Shown: piece after piece, positions 1 to 9,240 of the stretch
How the letters are laid out: each line of letters opens with the position of its first letter
Position numbering within the stretch: position 1 is the stretch's first letter
Source of the DNA: Clostridia bacterium
GTDB lineage: Bacteria; Bacillota; Clostridia; Oscillospirales; CAG-272
NCBI GenBank assembly: GCA_017937135.1
Contig: JAGBEE010000012.1
Location: 11,250-75,249 of the forward strand
Reading direction: 5' to 3'
DNA length: 64,000 bases
Notes under the pieces: generated by a model
Databases searched by the model: none
Seen by the model: only the letters and a program-made list of their open reading frames with translations
Told to the model about the DNA's origin: nothing
Translations under genes and position numbers: made by a program

Positions 1-305
1 CTTGTGGTGCAGGCATTAGCACAGGAATGTTTATATCTATCGCCTTGAAATCAACACCCTTGTCAGGTGAGGCCTGGGGACTTTCAAACCAAATGACAGC
101 AAGAGCACTGGATGCAATAGGCAAAAACGGCGGTCCTCGCTGTTGTAAAAGAGATTCCTACCTTGCCATTATCGAGGCTGTCAAATTCACAAGCGAAAAG
201 CTACATATAGATATGAAGCAAACCCCCGTAATCTGCACTCGCTCACACTTGAACAATCAGTGCAGACAGGAAAAGTGCCCTTTTCATAAGGATTATGCGG
301 AGTAA
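1..305 (+). CDS. C-terminal part of a Cys-rich C_GCAxxG_C_C-like putative redox protein (5' end lies outside the window)
   Basis: The reading frame is open from nt 3 (CGAGISTG-MFISIAL...), so listed ORF 27..305 continues upstream. A G-x-CGAxxG-like motif sits at the window edge, with CC and CxxxxC motifs further on. The stop codon is followed by a hairpin terminator. Confidence 0.4.
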   Translation, partial: CGAGISTGMFISIALKSTPLSGEAWGLSNQMTARALDAIGKNGGPRCCKRDSYLAIIEAVKFTSEKLHIDMKQTPVICTRSHLNNQCRQEKCPFHKDYAE

Positions 306-339
306 TAAGGTTTAATTTTGATATGCAGTAAACAAAGAA

Positions 340-377
340 AGACGGCTCTATAAAAGAGGAGCCGTCTCTATTTTTTG
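340..377 (+). terminator. Intrinsic terminator between convergent genes
   Basis: GACGGCTC (341-348) pairs with GAGCCGTC (359-366), followed by TCTATTTTTT. Confidence 0.6.
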
Positions 378-449
378 ATTTTAGTATTTAACTTTGACCA
401 ATAGATATCGTTTGACAATTCGTGGTTTGTAGTTTAAAAATAATCGAGT

Positions 450-1433
450 TCAATCTATATCATCATACCACTGCAATCCCAGAGGATTTCGCCATTCGTC
501 TATCAAATTATCTGCAATATCTATAAAATAGTCATCAAAATTCCAGTGCGCCTGTTCGCAGTTTTCATCAAAAGCAAGTTCGCAGTATTCCTTGAAGAAG
601 CTTTTACATCCATTCAAGAGTTTCGAAATCAAGTCTTCTGAGAAACAAATGTAGTAAATAGCTAAATCGCCTGGATTATATTCAACATCCGTTCTTAAAA
701 CCGTTGGATATGAGTCTTTAAGGTTTTTGTATGTAGATAGATTATTATGCTTTAAAAAATGCCAAATAAGATATAATTTATCGTAATGCTCAAACGATGG
801 CAAATCCTCAACCTTTTTGTCTTTTCCTTTAGCTGCTGCATAGAGAACGGTTCTGTTAAATTCACCTTTTTTACCAAGCGTATTGCTTCTATCTAGAACT
901 TTAACTGTAATTGCTTCGATTTTTGATGTAGTTTGAAGTAAAAATTGAGAATACAAGCTTGCCCAAACTTGATAGACTTTGTTTTCATATTCGCGCTGAT
1001 TATGATCATTTTTAATTGTCGCAAATGCACAAGCAGCTCCATATCCGGAAATTCCATTTTGAAAATTACCGTAATCGCCAGGGAAAAGCTCTTTTGGTTT
1101 TTCAATTTTCGCAAGTTGTTCTTCAATAGAAATTTTAAAAGTTTTTTCCCATTCGTTAATTATAGATTCAACCACATCCATGAACAAATTGTAGTTGTAG
1201 TCATTTCTGTGAGCTTTTGCAGGGTGAAAAAAGTGAGTTTTTCGATTATTTATAATCTTGAGCTTTTCTTCAGTTAATTCATCACGCGCATAGCACAGCA
1301 TAGTTTTAGGTTCTATTTTTATTCGTCCATGCTTATGGCGAAATACTCCGTAATGTCTTCTATCGGTTTCGGAAAACTCTCTTTTATATTTGTCGCTTAA
1401 ATTGGAATACCTACTGTTTCTTTTTCTTTTCAT
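450..1433 (-). CDS. Hypothetical protein (orphan), basic N-terminus and acidic C-terminus
   Basis: Long uninterrupted ORF. I set the start at ATG 1433 (MKRKRNSRY...) because AAGGAG lies 7 nt upstream; the track start at 1460 has no RBS. No family motif recognised. The gene is visibly more AT-rich than the flanking housekeeping genes. Confidence 0.7.
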   Translation of the reverse strand: MKRKRNSRYSNLSDKYKREFSETDRRHYGVFRHKHGRIKIEPKTMLCYARDELTEEKLKIINNRKTHFFHPAKAHRNDYNYNLFMDVVESIINEWEKTFKISIEEQLAKIEKPKELFPGDYGNFQNGISGYGAACAFATIKNDHNQREYENKVYQVWASLYSQFLLQTTSKIEAITVKVLDRSNTLGKKGEFNRTVLYAAAKGKDKKVEDLPSFEHYDKLYLIWHFLKHNNLSTYKNLKDSYPTVLRTDVEYNPGDLAIYYICFSEDLISKLLNGCKSFFKEYCELAFDENCEQAHWNFDDYFIDIADNLIDEWRNPLGLQWYDDID

Positions 1434-1449
1434 ATGATCTCCTTGTGTG

Positions 1450-1480
1450 AAAAGGGGCACTTCCTGCAGAAAGTGCCCCT
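1450..1480 (-). terminator. Terminator-like hairpin inside the 5' leader of the orphan gene (possible attenuator)
   Basis: On the minus strand, GGGGCACTT-TCTGCAGG-AAGTGCCCC is followed by TTTT, ending about 10 nt before the AAGGAG RBS. Confidence 0.45.
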
Positions 1481-1616
1481 CGCTTAATTGATTATTAAGC
1501 TTTTACATAAGACACTTACGTACCACTTTAATCCTATGCAACAAAATTTGCATCCTCATTTTAGGCACAATTCGTCCCAACAACATAATAGACGAACAAT
1601 TTTCTTATGTGCCGTT

Positions 1617-1645
1617 ATTATAGCACATAAACTTGTCTTCGTCAA
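1617..1645 (-). promoter_or_regulatory. Sigma-A type promoter for the orphan gene
   Basis: The minus strand reads TTGACG, a 17-nt spacer, then TATAAT (plus-strand CGTCAA 1640-1645 and ATTATA 1617-1622). This implies a 5' UTR of roughly 175 nt. Confidence 0.5.
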
Positions 1646-1689
1646 TATAATAACACGAAAAAAGGCTGTGCGCGATGTACCAACAGTAC

Positions 1690-1717
1690 AAAAAGGACAC
1701 CCTATAAAAGGATGTCC
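1690..1717 (-). terminator. Intrinsic terminator of the XRE gene
   Basis: On the minus strand, GGACATCC-TTTTATA-GGGTGTCC (one G-U pair) is followed by TTTTT. The stop codon lies in the loop. Confidence 0.5.
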
Positions 1718-1923
1718 TCAATGCGAACTTCAAAAAGAGTGGCCAAATTCATAAGATTTTCGACTGTCGGCAATTTCGTTCCTTTGGTCCACTCGTAAAT
1801 AACACGAGGGGAATTAAGCATCAAAAATTCTGCCACATATTCATATGTGTAAGGAGACTCGTCTAAAAACTTGTAAATATTAAGCCCGACTTTTTGTTTG
1901 TCCAATTTTTGTTTGTAATTCAT
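1702..1923 (-). CDS. XRE-family helix-turn-helix transcriptional regulator (73 aa)
   Basis: HTH_3-like core LNIYKFLDESPYTYEYVAEFLMLNSPRVIYEWTKGTKLPTVENLMNLATLFEV. Start set at ATG 1923, which has GGGAGG 7 nt upstream. Confidence 0.75.
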   Translation of the reverse strand: MNYKQKLDKQKVGLNIYKFLDESPYTYEYVAEFLMLNSPRVIYEWTKGTKLPTVENLMNLATLFEVRIEDILL

Positions 1924-1979
1924 CTTTAACCTCCCATAAACGAAGATCTTCATTTTGGGATGTGAAGAATTACACAGAT

Positions 1980-2008
1980 AATATACCATAAAATCGTTAA
2001 AAAATCAA
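1980..2008 (-). promoter_or_regulatory. Candidate promoter of the XRE gene
   Basis: The minus strand reads TTGATT, a 17-nt spacer, then TATATT with a TGG extended -10. Confidence 0.4.
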
Positions 2009-2023
2009 TATAGAAAACATTTT

Positions 2024-2038
2024 TGAACCAACGGTTCA
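2024..2038. promoter_or_regulatory. Palindromic candidate operator between divergent regulator genes
   Basis: TGAACC-AAC-GGTTCA is a perfect 6-bp inverted repeat. It lies upstream of the TGgTATAAT extended -10 (2058-2066) of the AbrB-like gene. Confidence 0.35.
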
Positions 2039-2097
2039 TGTAAAAAACATCATGATATGGTATAATATGGTTAACTCGCAAGAAGGAGATGTGAAAA

Positions 2098-2328
2098 ATG
2101 AAAAAACTAAAAGTTGACGATCTTGGTAGAATAGTTATTCCAAAACCATTCCGTAAAGAATTGAATCTTGAAAATGAATCGCCGGTTGTCGTTACACTTG
2201 AGAACAATTCAGTCGTGATACGTCCGGAAAAAGCCGTGTGTAAGTGTTGTGGGATATTTGTGGAATGCGATCGCGATTTTCCTCTGTGTCAAAATTGCGT
2301 AGAGAAAATCAAAAAGGCTTATACTTGA
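2098..2328 (+). CDS. AbrB/MazE/SpoVT-family DNA-binding protein with a Cys-rich C-terminal tail
   Basis: The N-terminus MKKLKVDDLGRIVIPKPFRKEL is the SpoVT-AbrB swapped-hairpin signature. The tail reads CKCCGIFVECDRDFPLCQNC. RBS AAGGAG. Confidence 0.8.
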   Translation: MKKLKVDDLGRIVIPKPFRKELNLENESPVVVTLENNSVVIRPEKAVCKCCGIFVECDRDFPLCQNCVEKIKKAYT

Positions 2329-2350
2329 TTTTAGAAGAAAGGATACATAC

Positions 2351-3679
2351 ATGATGATACAAAAGATATCAAAGTCGTTTAAACATATAAACTATAAGCT
2401 TTTTCTTGCACTAATAGTTCTTGCATTAGCACCGACCATTTACACAACTGTTCGCGTGTTTTTTCTTGGGCAGTTGCCAGGAGAGTATTCATTTTCAATA
2501 GCGGGTCAGTTATCGTGGGTTAACCTGCTTTACGAAATATTAAATGAAGCAATCATTCTGCCGTTATTCTTTTTTGTTGGTAAGGTAAAGGATGATAAAA
2601 ATGAGTTTTCTAACCGAGTAAGAACAGGTATGCTAATCTCACTTGGCGTGTATATGGTTCTTTCTGCAATTGTGCTTATATTCGCAAAGCCATTGCTTAC
2701 GCTTATGGCTACCGATCCAAGCATTATTGAAGCTTCAGCATCATACATACGCATCGAAAGCATCGCAAACATTTTCTCAATTCTCACGCAGTTCGCGCTT
2801 GTTGCGCTTGTTACGGTCAATAAGAGCAAATACCTTTACGCACTTACAGGAGCAAGGCTCGTTTTGTGCCTTGTTTTAGATACATTCTTGGTTTCAACCT
2901 TGCCTGTGTCGGCGAATCTTGGAGTAAACGGAATAGGATATTCAAATATTATTGTTAACGCACTCTTACTTGCTGTATCTATTTTGCTTCTTGCAAGAGA
3001 GGGAATCAAGGTTTTTGCAAAGGCAAAATTAGACTTTTCGTGGGCTAAGGAATTTGCTAAAATAGGTGGAATTTCGGGAGTAGAATCACTTGTTCGTAAT
3101 GTTGCCTATATGGTTATGATTGCACGAATGGTAAATGTGGTAGGAGAGCAGGGAACATATTGGGTTGCCAACAACTTCATTTGGGGTTGGTTGCTTCTTC
3201 CCGTGCTTCAGCTTGGTGAGCTAATCAAGCAAGAGGTTGCAACAAACAAGGAAAATATCCGTCGTAACTCACTTGGCTATTTTGGGATAACAGCGATTAT
3301 ATCGGCTTTGTGGCTTGTAAGTATTCCTTTATGGAAGCCATTTATGACGCATATTCTTTGCTTTACCGATGTTGACAAGCTATTTGAGCTTGTAATGGTT
3401 CTTGTGGGCTTCTATGTCCTATACGCAATTCAAAATGTGTTTGACTCAACCTTTTATGGACTTGGAAAAACAAACTATATGCTTTTTGAATCGGTAGTAA
3501 CGAATACAATTTATTATGGCATTGCATTTATTCTTTATATCACAGGCGTGTGGACCCCGTCACTTATAGGCATAGCGTTGCTATTTGGTATTGGAAACGC
3601 ATTTGATAGTGTCGTATCTCTTGTAGCATATGCGTTCTTACTCAAAAAAGAAAAAATCAATATTTTAAAGGTTGAATAA
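2351..3679 (+). CDS. MATE-family efflux transporter
   Basis: 442 aa, about 12 hydrophobic segments, and length and architecture typical of MATE/NorM-like exporters. Lies 23 nt downstream of the AbrB-like gene. Confidence 0.75.
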   Translation: MMIQKISKSFKHINYKLFLALIVLALAPTIYTTVRVFFLGQLPGEYSFSIAGQLSWVNLLYEILNEAIILPLFFFVGKVKDDKNEFSNRVRTGMLISLGVYMVLSAIVLIFAKPLLTLMATDPSIIEASASYIRIESIANIFSILTQFALVALVTVNKSKYLYALTGARLVLCLVLDTFLVSTLPVSANLGVNGIGYSNIIVNALLLAVSILLLAREGIKVFAKAKLDFSWAKEFAKIGGISGVESLVRNVAYMVMIARMVNVVGEQGTYWVANNFIWGWLLLPVLQLGELIKQEVATNKENIRRNSLGYFGITAIISALWLVSIPLWKPFMTHILCFTDVDKLFELVMVLVGFYVLYAIQNVFDSTFYGLGKTNYMLFESVVTNTIYYGIAFILYITGVWTPSLIGIALLFGIGNAFDSVVSLVAYAFLLKKEKINILKVE

Positions 3680-3796
3680 GGCGAAATTTGCACCTTGGAT
3701 GTAAGTATGCTTGCATGTGGTCAAGGGAAAACTTGATCATTTGATACTATCAATTTTAGAATTGCAAAAGTGCCAAAATAATCGATGTGTAAAGGA

Positions 3797-3830
3797 AAAT
3801 CGGAGACTCAAAAAAGTCTCCGATTTTTTA
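3797..3830 (+). terminator. Intrinsic terminator (bidirectional position)
   Basis: AATCGGAGAC (3798-3807) pairs with GTCTCCGATT (3816-3825), followed by TTTT. Sits between the convergent MATE and yjbR genes. Confidence 0.65.
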
Positions 3831-3929
3831 GTTTGAAAAAATATTTAAAGATAGTCGAAAGGACCCCAAAAAGTAATTGAAACATTGTATAATGTTGTAC
3901 TACAAGCTAAATTTGTGGTGATTATGGTT

Positions 3930-4310
3930 TTATTTTGTCTTTTTGCGAGGGATTTTTGTGCGCGTTAAATCGTAGCTGATTTCGAGCAACCATTTAATGG
4001 TGTCACTATCAACGCTACCGTCAAGCGCAACACTTAGCCAGTGTCCCTTGCTCATGTGGTAAGCTGGGAATATCCCTTTTTCTTGCCAAAGAGAATCCAA
4101 TATTTCCTGTGCGCATTTTAAATTTACAATGTCTATTGTGCCATCTGAAGGTATACCGAGCTTGTTTTTTGAAATAGTCATTACTACTGCAAACCACTTG
4201 CGATTTGCTTTATGGCGAAACACGGCTGTTGTTTCATCACTTTTAAATGGGTGCTCTATAGCCTCATCGTAAAGAAATGGCACAAGCTCTTCAAATTCTT
4301 TTCTGTTCAT
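3930..4310 (-). CDS. MmcQ/YjbR-family DNA-binding protein
   Basis: Family-typical FRHKANRKWFAVV and PAYHMSKGHWLSVALDG. Start set at ATG 4310 (MNRKEF...). The track's extension to 4442 overlaps the uvrA 3' end and is not credible. Confidence 0.8.
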   Translation of the reverse strand: MNRKEFEELVPFLYDEAIEHPFKSDETTAVFRHKANRKWFAVVMTISKNKLGIPSDGTIDIVNLKCAQEILDSLWQEKGIFPAYHMSKGHWLSVALDGSVDSDTIKWLLEISYDLTRTKIPRKKTK

Positions 4311-4314
4311 ATAA

Positions 4315-7149
4315 TTAGTCCTTATAGTCGTTAAGAGCCTTTTTGACATAAATGCCTGTGTATGATTTGGGGTTTTTTGCAACCTGTTCGGGAGTTCCCG
4401 TTGCAACAATTTCTCCACCACCATCGCCGCCCTCGGGGCCAAGGTCGATTATATAATCTGCAGTTTTAATTATATCAAGATTGTGCTCAATAACAATAAC
4501 GCTATTTCCTGCATCTACAAGACGCTGTAGTACGCCAATAAGCTTTTTAACATCGTCAGTATGCAAGCCAGTAGTTGGCTCGTCAAGAATATAAATTGTT
4601 TTTCCGGTTGAACGCTTAGATAGCTCAGTTGCGAGCTTAACCCTTTGCGCCTCACCACCCGAGAGAGTAGTAGAGGATTGACCAATCTTTACATAGCCAA
4701 GACCGACATCGCAAATTGTTTGAAGCTTTTTAGAGATAGATGGAATTTCACTAAAGAATATAGCGCCCTCCTCAGCGGTCATTTCAAGAACATCAGAAAT
4801 ATTTTTGCCCTTGAATTTCACCTCCAAGGTGTCAGTGTTATAGCGCTTGCCCTTACATACGTCGCATTTAACGTAAACGTCAGGCAAAAAGTGCATTTCT
4901 ATCTTTTTTACACCATCGCCCTCACAGCTTTCGCATCGTCCACCCTTTACGTTAAAGGAGAAGCGACCTGGACCGTATGAACGCATTTTAGCATCTGGTG
5001 TTTTAGCGAATAAATCACGTATTTCAGCAAAAAGACCCGTATACGTGGCTGGATTTGAGCGTGGAGTGCGTCCAATTGGAGATTGGTCAATTGCAATTAC
5101 CTTGTCAAGATTTTCGTAGCCCTCAACCCTGTCGCACTTGCCAGGGAAGGTTATAGCGCGATTTAATTTACTTGCAAGCGTTTGAAGCAAAATTCTATTA
5201 ACAAGCGAGGATTTTCCAGAGCCAGAAACACCTGTAACTGCAACGAAGCAGCCAAGAGGAATTTCAACGTTTATATTTTTCAAATTGTTTTCCTTAGCGC
5301 CAATTATTTTCAAAAAGCTACCATTACCTTTGCGTCTTGTAGTTGGAATTTCAATTTTTTCTCTGCCCGAGAGGTAAGCTCCTGTTATGGAGTCTTTATT
5401 CTCCATAACCTCCTTTGGAGTACCACAAGCAACTATTTCTCCGCCGTGTACGCCTGCACCGGGACCCACATCAATAATATAGTCTGATTCGAGCATTGTT
5501 TCCTCATCGTGCTCAACTACAATAACACTATTACCAACATCGCGTAAGCTTTTTAAGGTATTTATGAGCTTGGAGTTGTCTCTTTGGTGTAAGCCAATGC
5601 TTGGCTCGTCAAGAATATATAAAACTCCAACAAGGGAGGAGCCAATTTGAGTTGCAAGTCTTATTCTTTGTGCCTCACCACCAGAGAGAGTAGCGCTTTT
5701 CCTCGCAAGCGTTAGGTATTCAAGACCAACGCTTTTCATAAAGCCCAAGCGCGCTTTGATTTCCTTTAAAATCTCCTTGGCAATTTGAAGCTGTCCACCC
5801 TCGAATTTAAGATTATTTACAAAATCAAGCGCATCCAAAACGCTCATTCTACAAAACTCGTCAATATTCTTGCCATTAACTGTAACTGAAAGAGCTTCTT
5901 TTTTTAGCCTTTGTCCGTGGCAAACAGGGCAGGGGACCTCCTCAATAAACTGCTCATAATACTCAGTATCAAAAACAGACATACGGGATTCCATAGTCTT
6001 AATAATACCCTCGAATTTTACAGTCTGCCTTTTGTGTTGCTTTGCAAAATATCTGTCAACCGTATAGTATTCATCGCCTGTGCCATATAAAAGCGCATTC
6101 ATTTGCTCTTTCGTAAAATCCCTTAGGGGAGTGTCGATATTAAAGCCTAAACGCTCTCCAACAGCAATTAAAAGAGGACCTGTCCAGCTTTCCTTATCAA
6201 CAGTTTTAAAGCCATTTACCTGTATAGCGCCTTGACGTAATGTAAGGTTCTTATCAGGAATAATTTTATCTGGAGAGATGTTTCTCATTTCACCAATTCC
6301 AAGACAATGCTCACAAGCACCAAATGGATTGTTAAATGAAAACGCTCGTGGTTCAAGCTCGCTAAAGCTGATATTGTGCTCCTCGCAGGCGTAGTTTGTT
6401 GAAAACTCGTATTCCTTACCCATACCATCTCTTGGCATTGTAAGAATAGTAACCTTACCATCGCTAGCACGTAACGCATTTTCAACAGAGTCGGAAAGTC
6501 TTGCACGAATTCCTTCCTTCATCACAAGACGGTCAACAACTATGTCTATATTGTGCTTTTTAGTCAGTTCAAGCTCAATATCCTCGCTTAAATCGTACAC
6601 TGTCCCGTCAATTCTTAATCTTGCATAGCCATTTTTGCGCGCGTCAGTAATCACCTTTTCGTGCCTACCCTTTTTACCACGCACACAAGGAGAGAGCACC
6701 ATAAATCTCTCGCCCTGGTCAAGCTCTAAAATCTTGTCAATAATCTGGTCAACGCTTTGTTGCTTAATTTCCTTGCCACAAACGGGGCAGTGGACAGTGC
6801 CAAGTCTTGCGTACAAAAGTCTTAAATAGTCATAAATTTCCGTAACCGTACCAACGGTTGAGCGTGGGTTTTTTGAGGTAGTTTTTTGGTCTATTGAAAT
6901 AGCAGGAGAAAGTCCCTCGATGGAATCAACATCTGGCTTATCCATTTGTCCTAAAAACTGTCTTGCATAGGATGAAAGCGACTCAACAAAGCGCCTGTGA
7001 CCCTCTGCATATATTGTATCAAAGGCAAGAGAAGATTTTCCCGAGCCTGAAAGTCCTGTTAATATAACAAGCTTATCGCGTGGAATAGTCAAATCAATAT
7101 TTTTGAGATTATTTACCCTTGCGCCCTTTATTTCTATTTTATCCTTCAT
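4315..7149 (-). CDS. uvrA: Excinuclease ABC subunit A
   Basis: 944 aa with two ABC modules (GLSGSGKSS and GVSGSGKSS Walker A motifs, two LSGGE signatures) and CxxC zinc modules. Confidence 0.97.
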   Translation of the reverse strand: MKDKIEIKGARVNNLKNIDLTIPRDKLVILTGLSGSGKSSLAFDTIYAEGHRRFVESLSSYARQFLGQMDKPDVDSIEGLSPAISIDQKTTSKNPRSTVGTVTEIYDYLRLLYARLGTVHCPVCGKEIKQQSVDQIIDKILELDQGERFMVLSPCVRGKKGRHEKVITDARKNGYARLRIDGTVYDLSEDIELELTKKHNIDIVVDRLVMKEGIRARLSDSVENALRASDGKVTILTMPRDGMGKEYEFSTNYACEEHNISFSELEPRAFSFNNPFGACEHCLGIGEMRNISPDKIIPDKNLTLRQGAIQVNGFKTVDKESWTGPLLIAVGERLGFNIDTPLRDFTKEQMNALLYGTGDEYYTVDRYFAKQHKRQTVKFEGIIKTMESRMSVFDTEYYEQFIEEVPCPVCHGQRLKKEALSVTVNGKNIDEFCRMSVLDALDFVNNLKFEGGQLQIAKEILKEIKARLGFMKSVGLEYLTLARKSATLSGGEAQRIRLATQIGSSLVGVLYILDEPSIGLHQRDNSKLINTLKSLRDVGNSVIVVEHDEETMLESDYIIDVGPGAGVHGGEIVACGTPKEVMENKDSITGAYLSGREKIEIPTTRRKGNGSFLKIIGAKENNLKNINVEIPLGCFVAVTGVSGSGKSSLVNRILLQTLASKLNRAITFPGKCDRVEGYENLDKVIAIDQSPIGRTPRSNPATYTGLFAEIRDLFAKTPDAKMRSYGPGRFSFNVKGGRCESCEGDGVKKIEMHFLPDVYVKCDVCKGKRYNTDTLEVKFKGKNISDVLEMTAEEGAIFFSEIPSISKKLQTICDVGLGYVKIGQSSTTLSGGEAQRVKLATELSKRSTGKTIYILDEPTTGLHTDDVKKLIGVLQRLVDAGNSVIVIEHNLDIIKTADYIIDLGPEGGDGGGEIVATGTPEQVAKNPKSYTGIYVKKALNDYKD

Positions 7150-7159
7150 TTTGTTTCCT

Positions 7160-9130
7160 TTATTTTGTATCCTTGCTTTTAGTAATTCTTAATTCTTTAA
7201 TTCTATCGCGTAAATATGCCGCCTTTTCAAAGTCGAGCTTGGATGCAGCCTCGCGCATTTGTTTGGTGTATTCCAATATGAGCTTTTCCTTATCATCCTT
7301 GCTCATTCTGCCAACCTTAGCACGCTCGGATTTCTTACCGAGGTCAATAACATCGTAAACTCCCTTGATAATAGTTTTTGGAATAATACCATTTTCCTCG
7401 TTATATTTTGTTTGAATTTCGCGACGTCGATTAGTTTCGCCAATAGCGTTTTTCATTGATTTTGTTATTGTGTCAGCATACATAATAACTCGGCCGTTTG
7501 CATTACGTGCAGCACGACCAATTGTTTGTATAAGTGACGTTTCTGAACGGAATAGTCCTTCCTTGTCGGCATCGAGTATAGCAACGAGCGATACCTCGGG
7601 AATATCAAGTCCCTCGCGAAGAAGGTTAATTCCCACAAGCACGTCGAACTCACCAAGACGTAGGCTCCTTATTATCTCCATTCTTTCAATCGTATCAACG
7701 TTATGGTGAATATATTTTGCTTTTATATTATTAGCGCTTAGATATTCAGTTAAGTCCTCAGCCATTTTGGTTGTTAAGGTAGTAACTAAAACACGCTCGC
7801 CAGCCTCGCAGCGAAGCTTGATTTCACCCATAACATCATCAACCTGTGTTGAAATAGGACGTATTTCAACCAAAGGGTCAACAAGCCCTGTTGGACGGAT
7901 GAGCTGCTCGGCAAAATTAGTTGAATGCTCCTTTTCAAATGGACCAGGAGTTGCCGAAACGAAAATTGTTTGGTTTAGCTTTGATAAAAACTCCTCAAAA
8001 TAAAGAGGTCTATTATCATAGGCAGATGGCAAACGGAAGCCAAATTCTACAAGATTTTTCTTTCTTGCCAAATCACCACCACTCATACCTCTTATTTGAG
8101 GCACAGCCACGTGGCTCTCATCAATAAACAAAAGAAAATCATCGGGGAAGTAGTCAAGAAGCGTATATGGAGTTGAGCCTGGCTCGCGTCCTGATAAAAT
8201 GCGCGAGTAGTTTTCAACACCCGAGCAAAATCCGATTTCTCTTAGCATTTCAATATCGTACTTTGTACGTTCCTCAATCCTTTGTGCCTCTAATAGCTTG
8301 TTTTGAGACTTAAAAAACTCAACTCTTTCAAGCATTTCCTCATGAATTTGGTTAAGAGCCTTTTCTCTCTTTTCATCAGAAACTACGTAGTGATTAGCAG
8401 GGAATATAGCCGTATATGAAAGGTGTCTTAAAATCTCACCTGTTAATGTGTTTATTTCACAAAGACGGTCAATTTCCTCACCAAAAAACTCAACCCTTAT
8501 CGCCTTATCAGAGGATGAGGCAGGGAAGATTTCAACCACGTCCCCGCGTATTCTAAACTTATTACGTACAAAGTTAACGTCATTTCTTTCATAGTTAAGA
8601 CTTACAAGACGTCTAACGAGCTCATCACGCGACATTTCAGCTCCTTGCCTTAAATCTATAAGCATATTCTTGTATTCTAATGGGTCACCAAGGGAATATA
8701 TACACGAAACACTCGCAACAATTATAACATCACGCCTTTCAAAAAGCGCGCTTGTCGCGCTGTGGCGCAATTTATCAATTTCATCATTTACCATTGCGTC
8801 CTTTTCTATATACATATCCTTACCTGGAATATATGCCTCGGGCTGATAGTAGTCATAGTACGAAACAAAATATTCAACTGCAGAATCAGGGAAAAGCTCT
8901 CTCATCTCGGAGCATACCTGGGCAGCCAAGGTTTTGTTTGGCTCTAAAATAATAGTCGGGCGATTGGTATTGGCAATTACATTTGCCATAGTAAAAGTTT
9001 TACCCGAGCCTGTAACGCCTAAAAGAGTTTGCATTTTTTCGCCACGCAAAACACCATCGGTAAGCTTCCTTATAGCCTGTGGCTGGTCACCCGTTGGCTT
9101 GTATGCGCTTTTTAGAACAAATGTATCCAT
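7160..9130 (-). CDS. uvrB: Excinuclease ABC subunit B
   Basis: 656 aa with GVTGSGKT Walker A, a DESH box and a C-terminal UVR motif ([14 protein letters not shown]). RBS GGAGGG. Confidence 0.97.
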   Translation of the reverse strand: MDTFVLKSAYKPTGDQPQAIRKLTDGVLRGEKMQTLLGVTGSGKTFTMANVIANTNRPTIILEPNKTLAAQVCSEMRELFPDSAVEYFVSYYDYYQPEAYIPGKDMYIEKDAMVNDEIDKLRHSATSALFERRDVIIVASVSCIYSLGDPLEYKNMLIDLRQGAEMSRDELVRRLVSLNYERNDVNFVRNKFRIRGDVVEIFPASSSDKAIRVEFFGEEIDRLCEINTLTGEILRHLSYTAIFPANHYVVSDEKREKALNQIHEEMLERVEFFKSQNKLLEAQRIEERTKYDIEMLREIGFCSGVENYSRILSGREPGSTPYTLLDYFPDDFLLFIDESHVAVPQIRGMSGGDLARKKNLVEFGFRLPSAYDNRPLYFEEFLSKLNQTIFVSATPGPFEKEHSTNFAEQLIRPTGLVDPLVEIRPISTQVDDVMGEIKLRCEAGERVLVTTLTTKMAEDLTEYLSANNIKAKYIHHNVDTIERMEIIRSLRLGEFDVLVGINLLREGLDIPEVSLVAILDADKEGLFRSETSLIQTIGRAARNANGRVIMYADTITKSMKNAIGETNRRREIQTKYNEENGIIPKTIIKGVYDVIDLGKKSERAKVGRMSKDDKEKLILEYTKQMREAASKLDFEKAAYLRDRIKELRITKSKDTK

Positions 9131-9209
9131 ATAGCCCTCCTTGAATTTATTCTTATCCTATTTTATCATAATAAATTTTAAATGTAAATAGATAATATTA
9201 GCCAAAATT

Positions 9210-9230
9210 AAAAGGTCGGAAAAACCGACC
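9210..9230 (-). terminator. Weak intrinsic terminator after hslO
   Basis: On the minus strand, GGTCGG-TTTTT-CCGACC is followed by TTTT. Confidence 0.4.
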
Positions 9231-9240
9231 ATTTTAAATT

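Noticed and set aside
893-1277. Overlapping ORFs inside the orphan gene (893-1126 minus, 945-1277 plus), plus many similar antisense or alternate-frame ORFs inside uvrA, uvrB, murC, aspS, tex, ftsH, the aro genes and others.
   Set aside because: They are nested in longer ORFs with clear family signatures or better start signals. Their compositions are low-complexity or hydrophobic, as expected from reading AT-rich DNA out of frame, and they lack RBSs.
4311-4442. The ORF track extends the yjbR-like ORF to 4442 (170 aa), overlapping the uvrA 3' end.
   Set aside because: The extension ([13 protein letters not shown]...) is the antisense or alternate frame of the uvrA C-terminus, has no RBS, and is not part of the MmcQ/YjbR fold. 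ATG 4310 lies immediately after the uvrA stop.
9131-9240. Looked for a LexA (Cheo) box GAAC-N4-GTTC upstream of uvrB-uvrA.
   Set aside because: No GAAC/GTTC dyad is present in the uvrB upstream region. Only a plausible TTACAT-16-TAAAAT promoter is seen on the minus strand.
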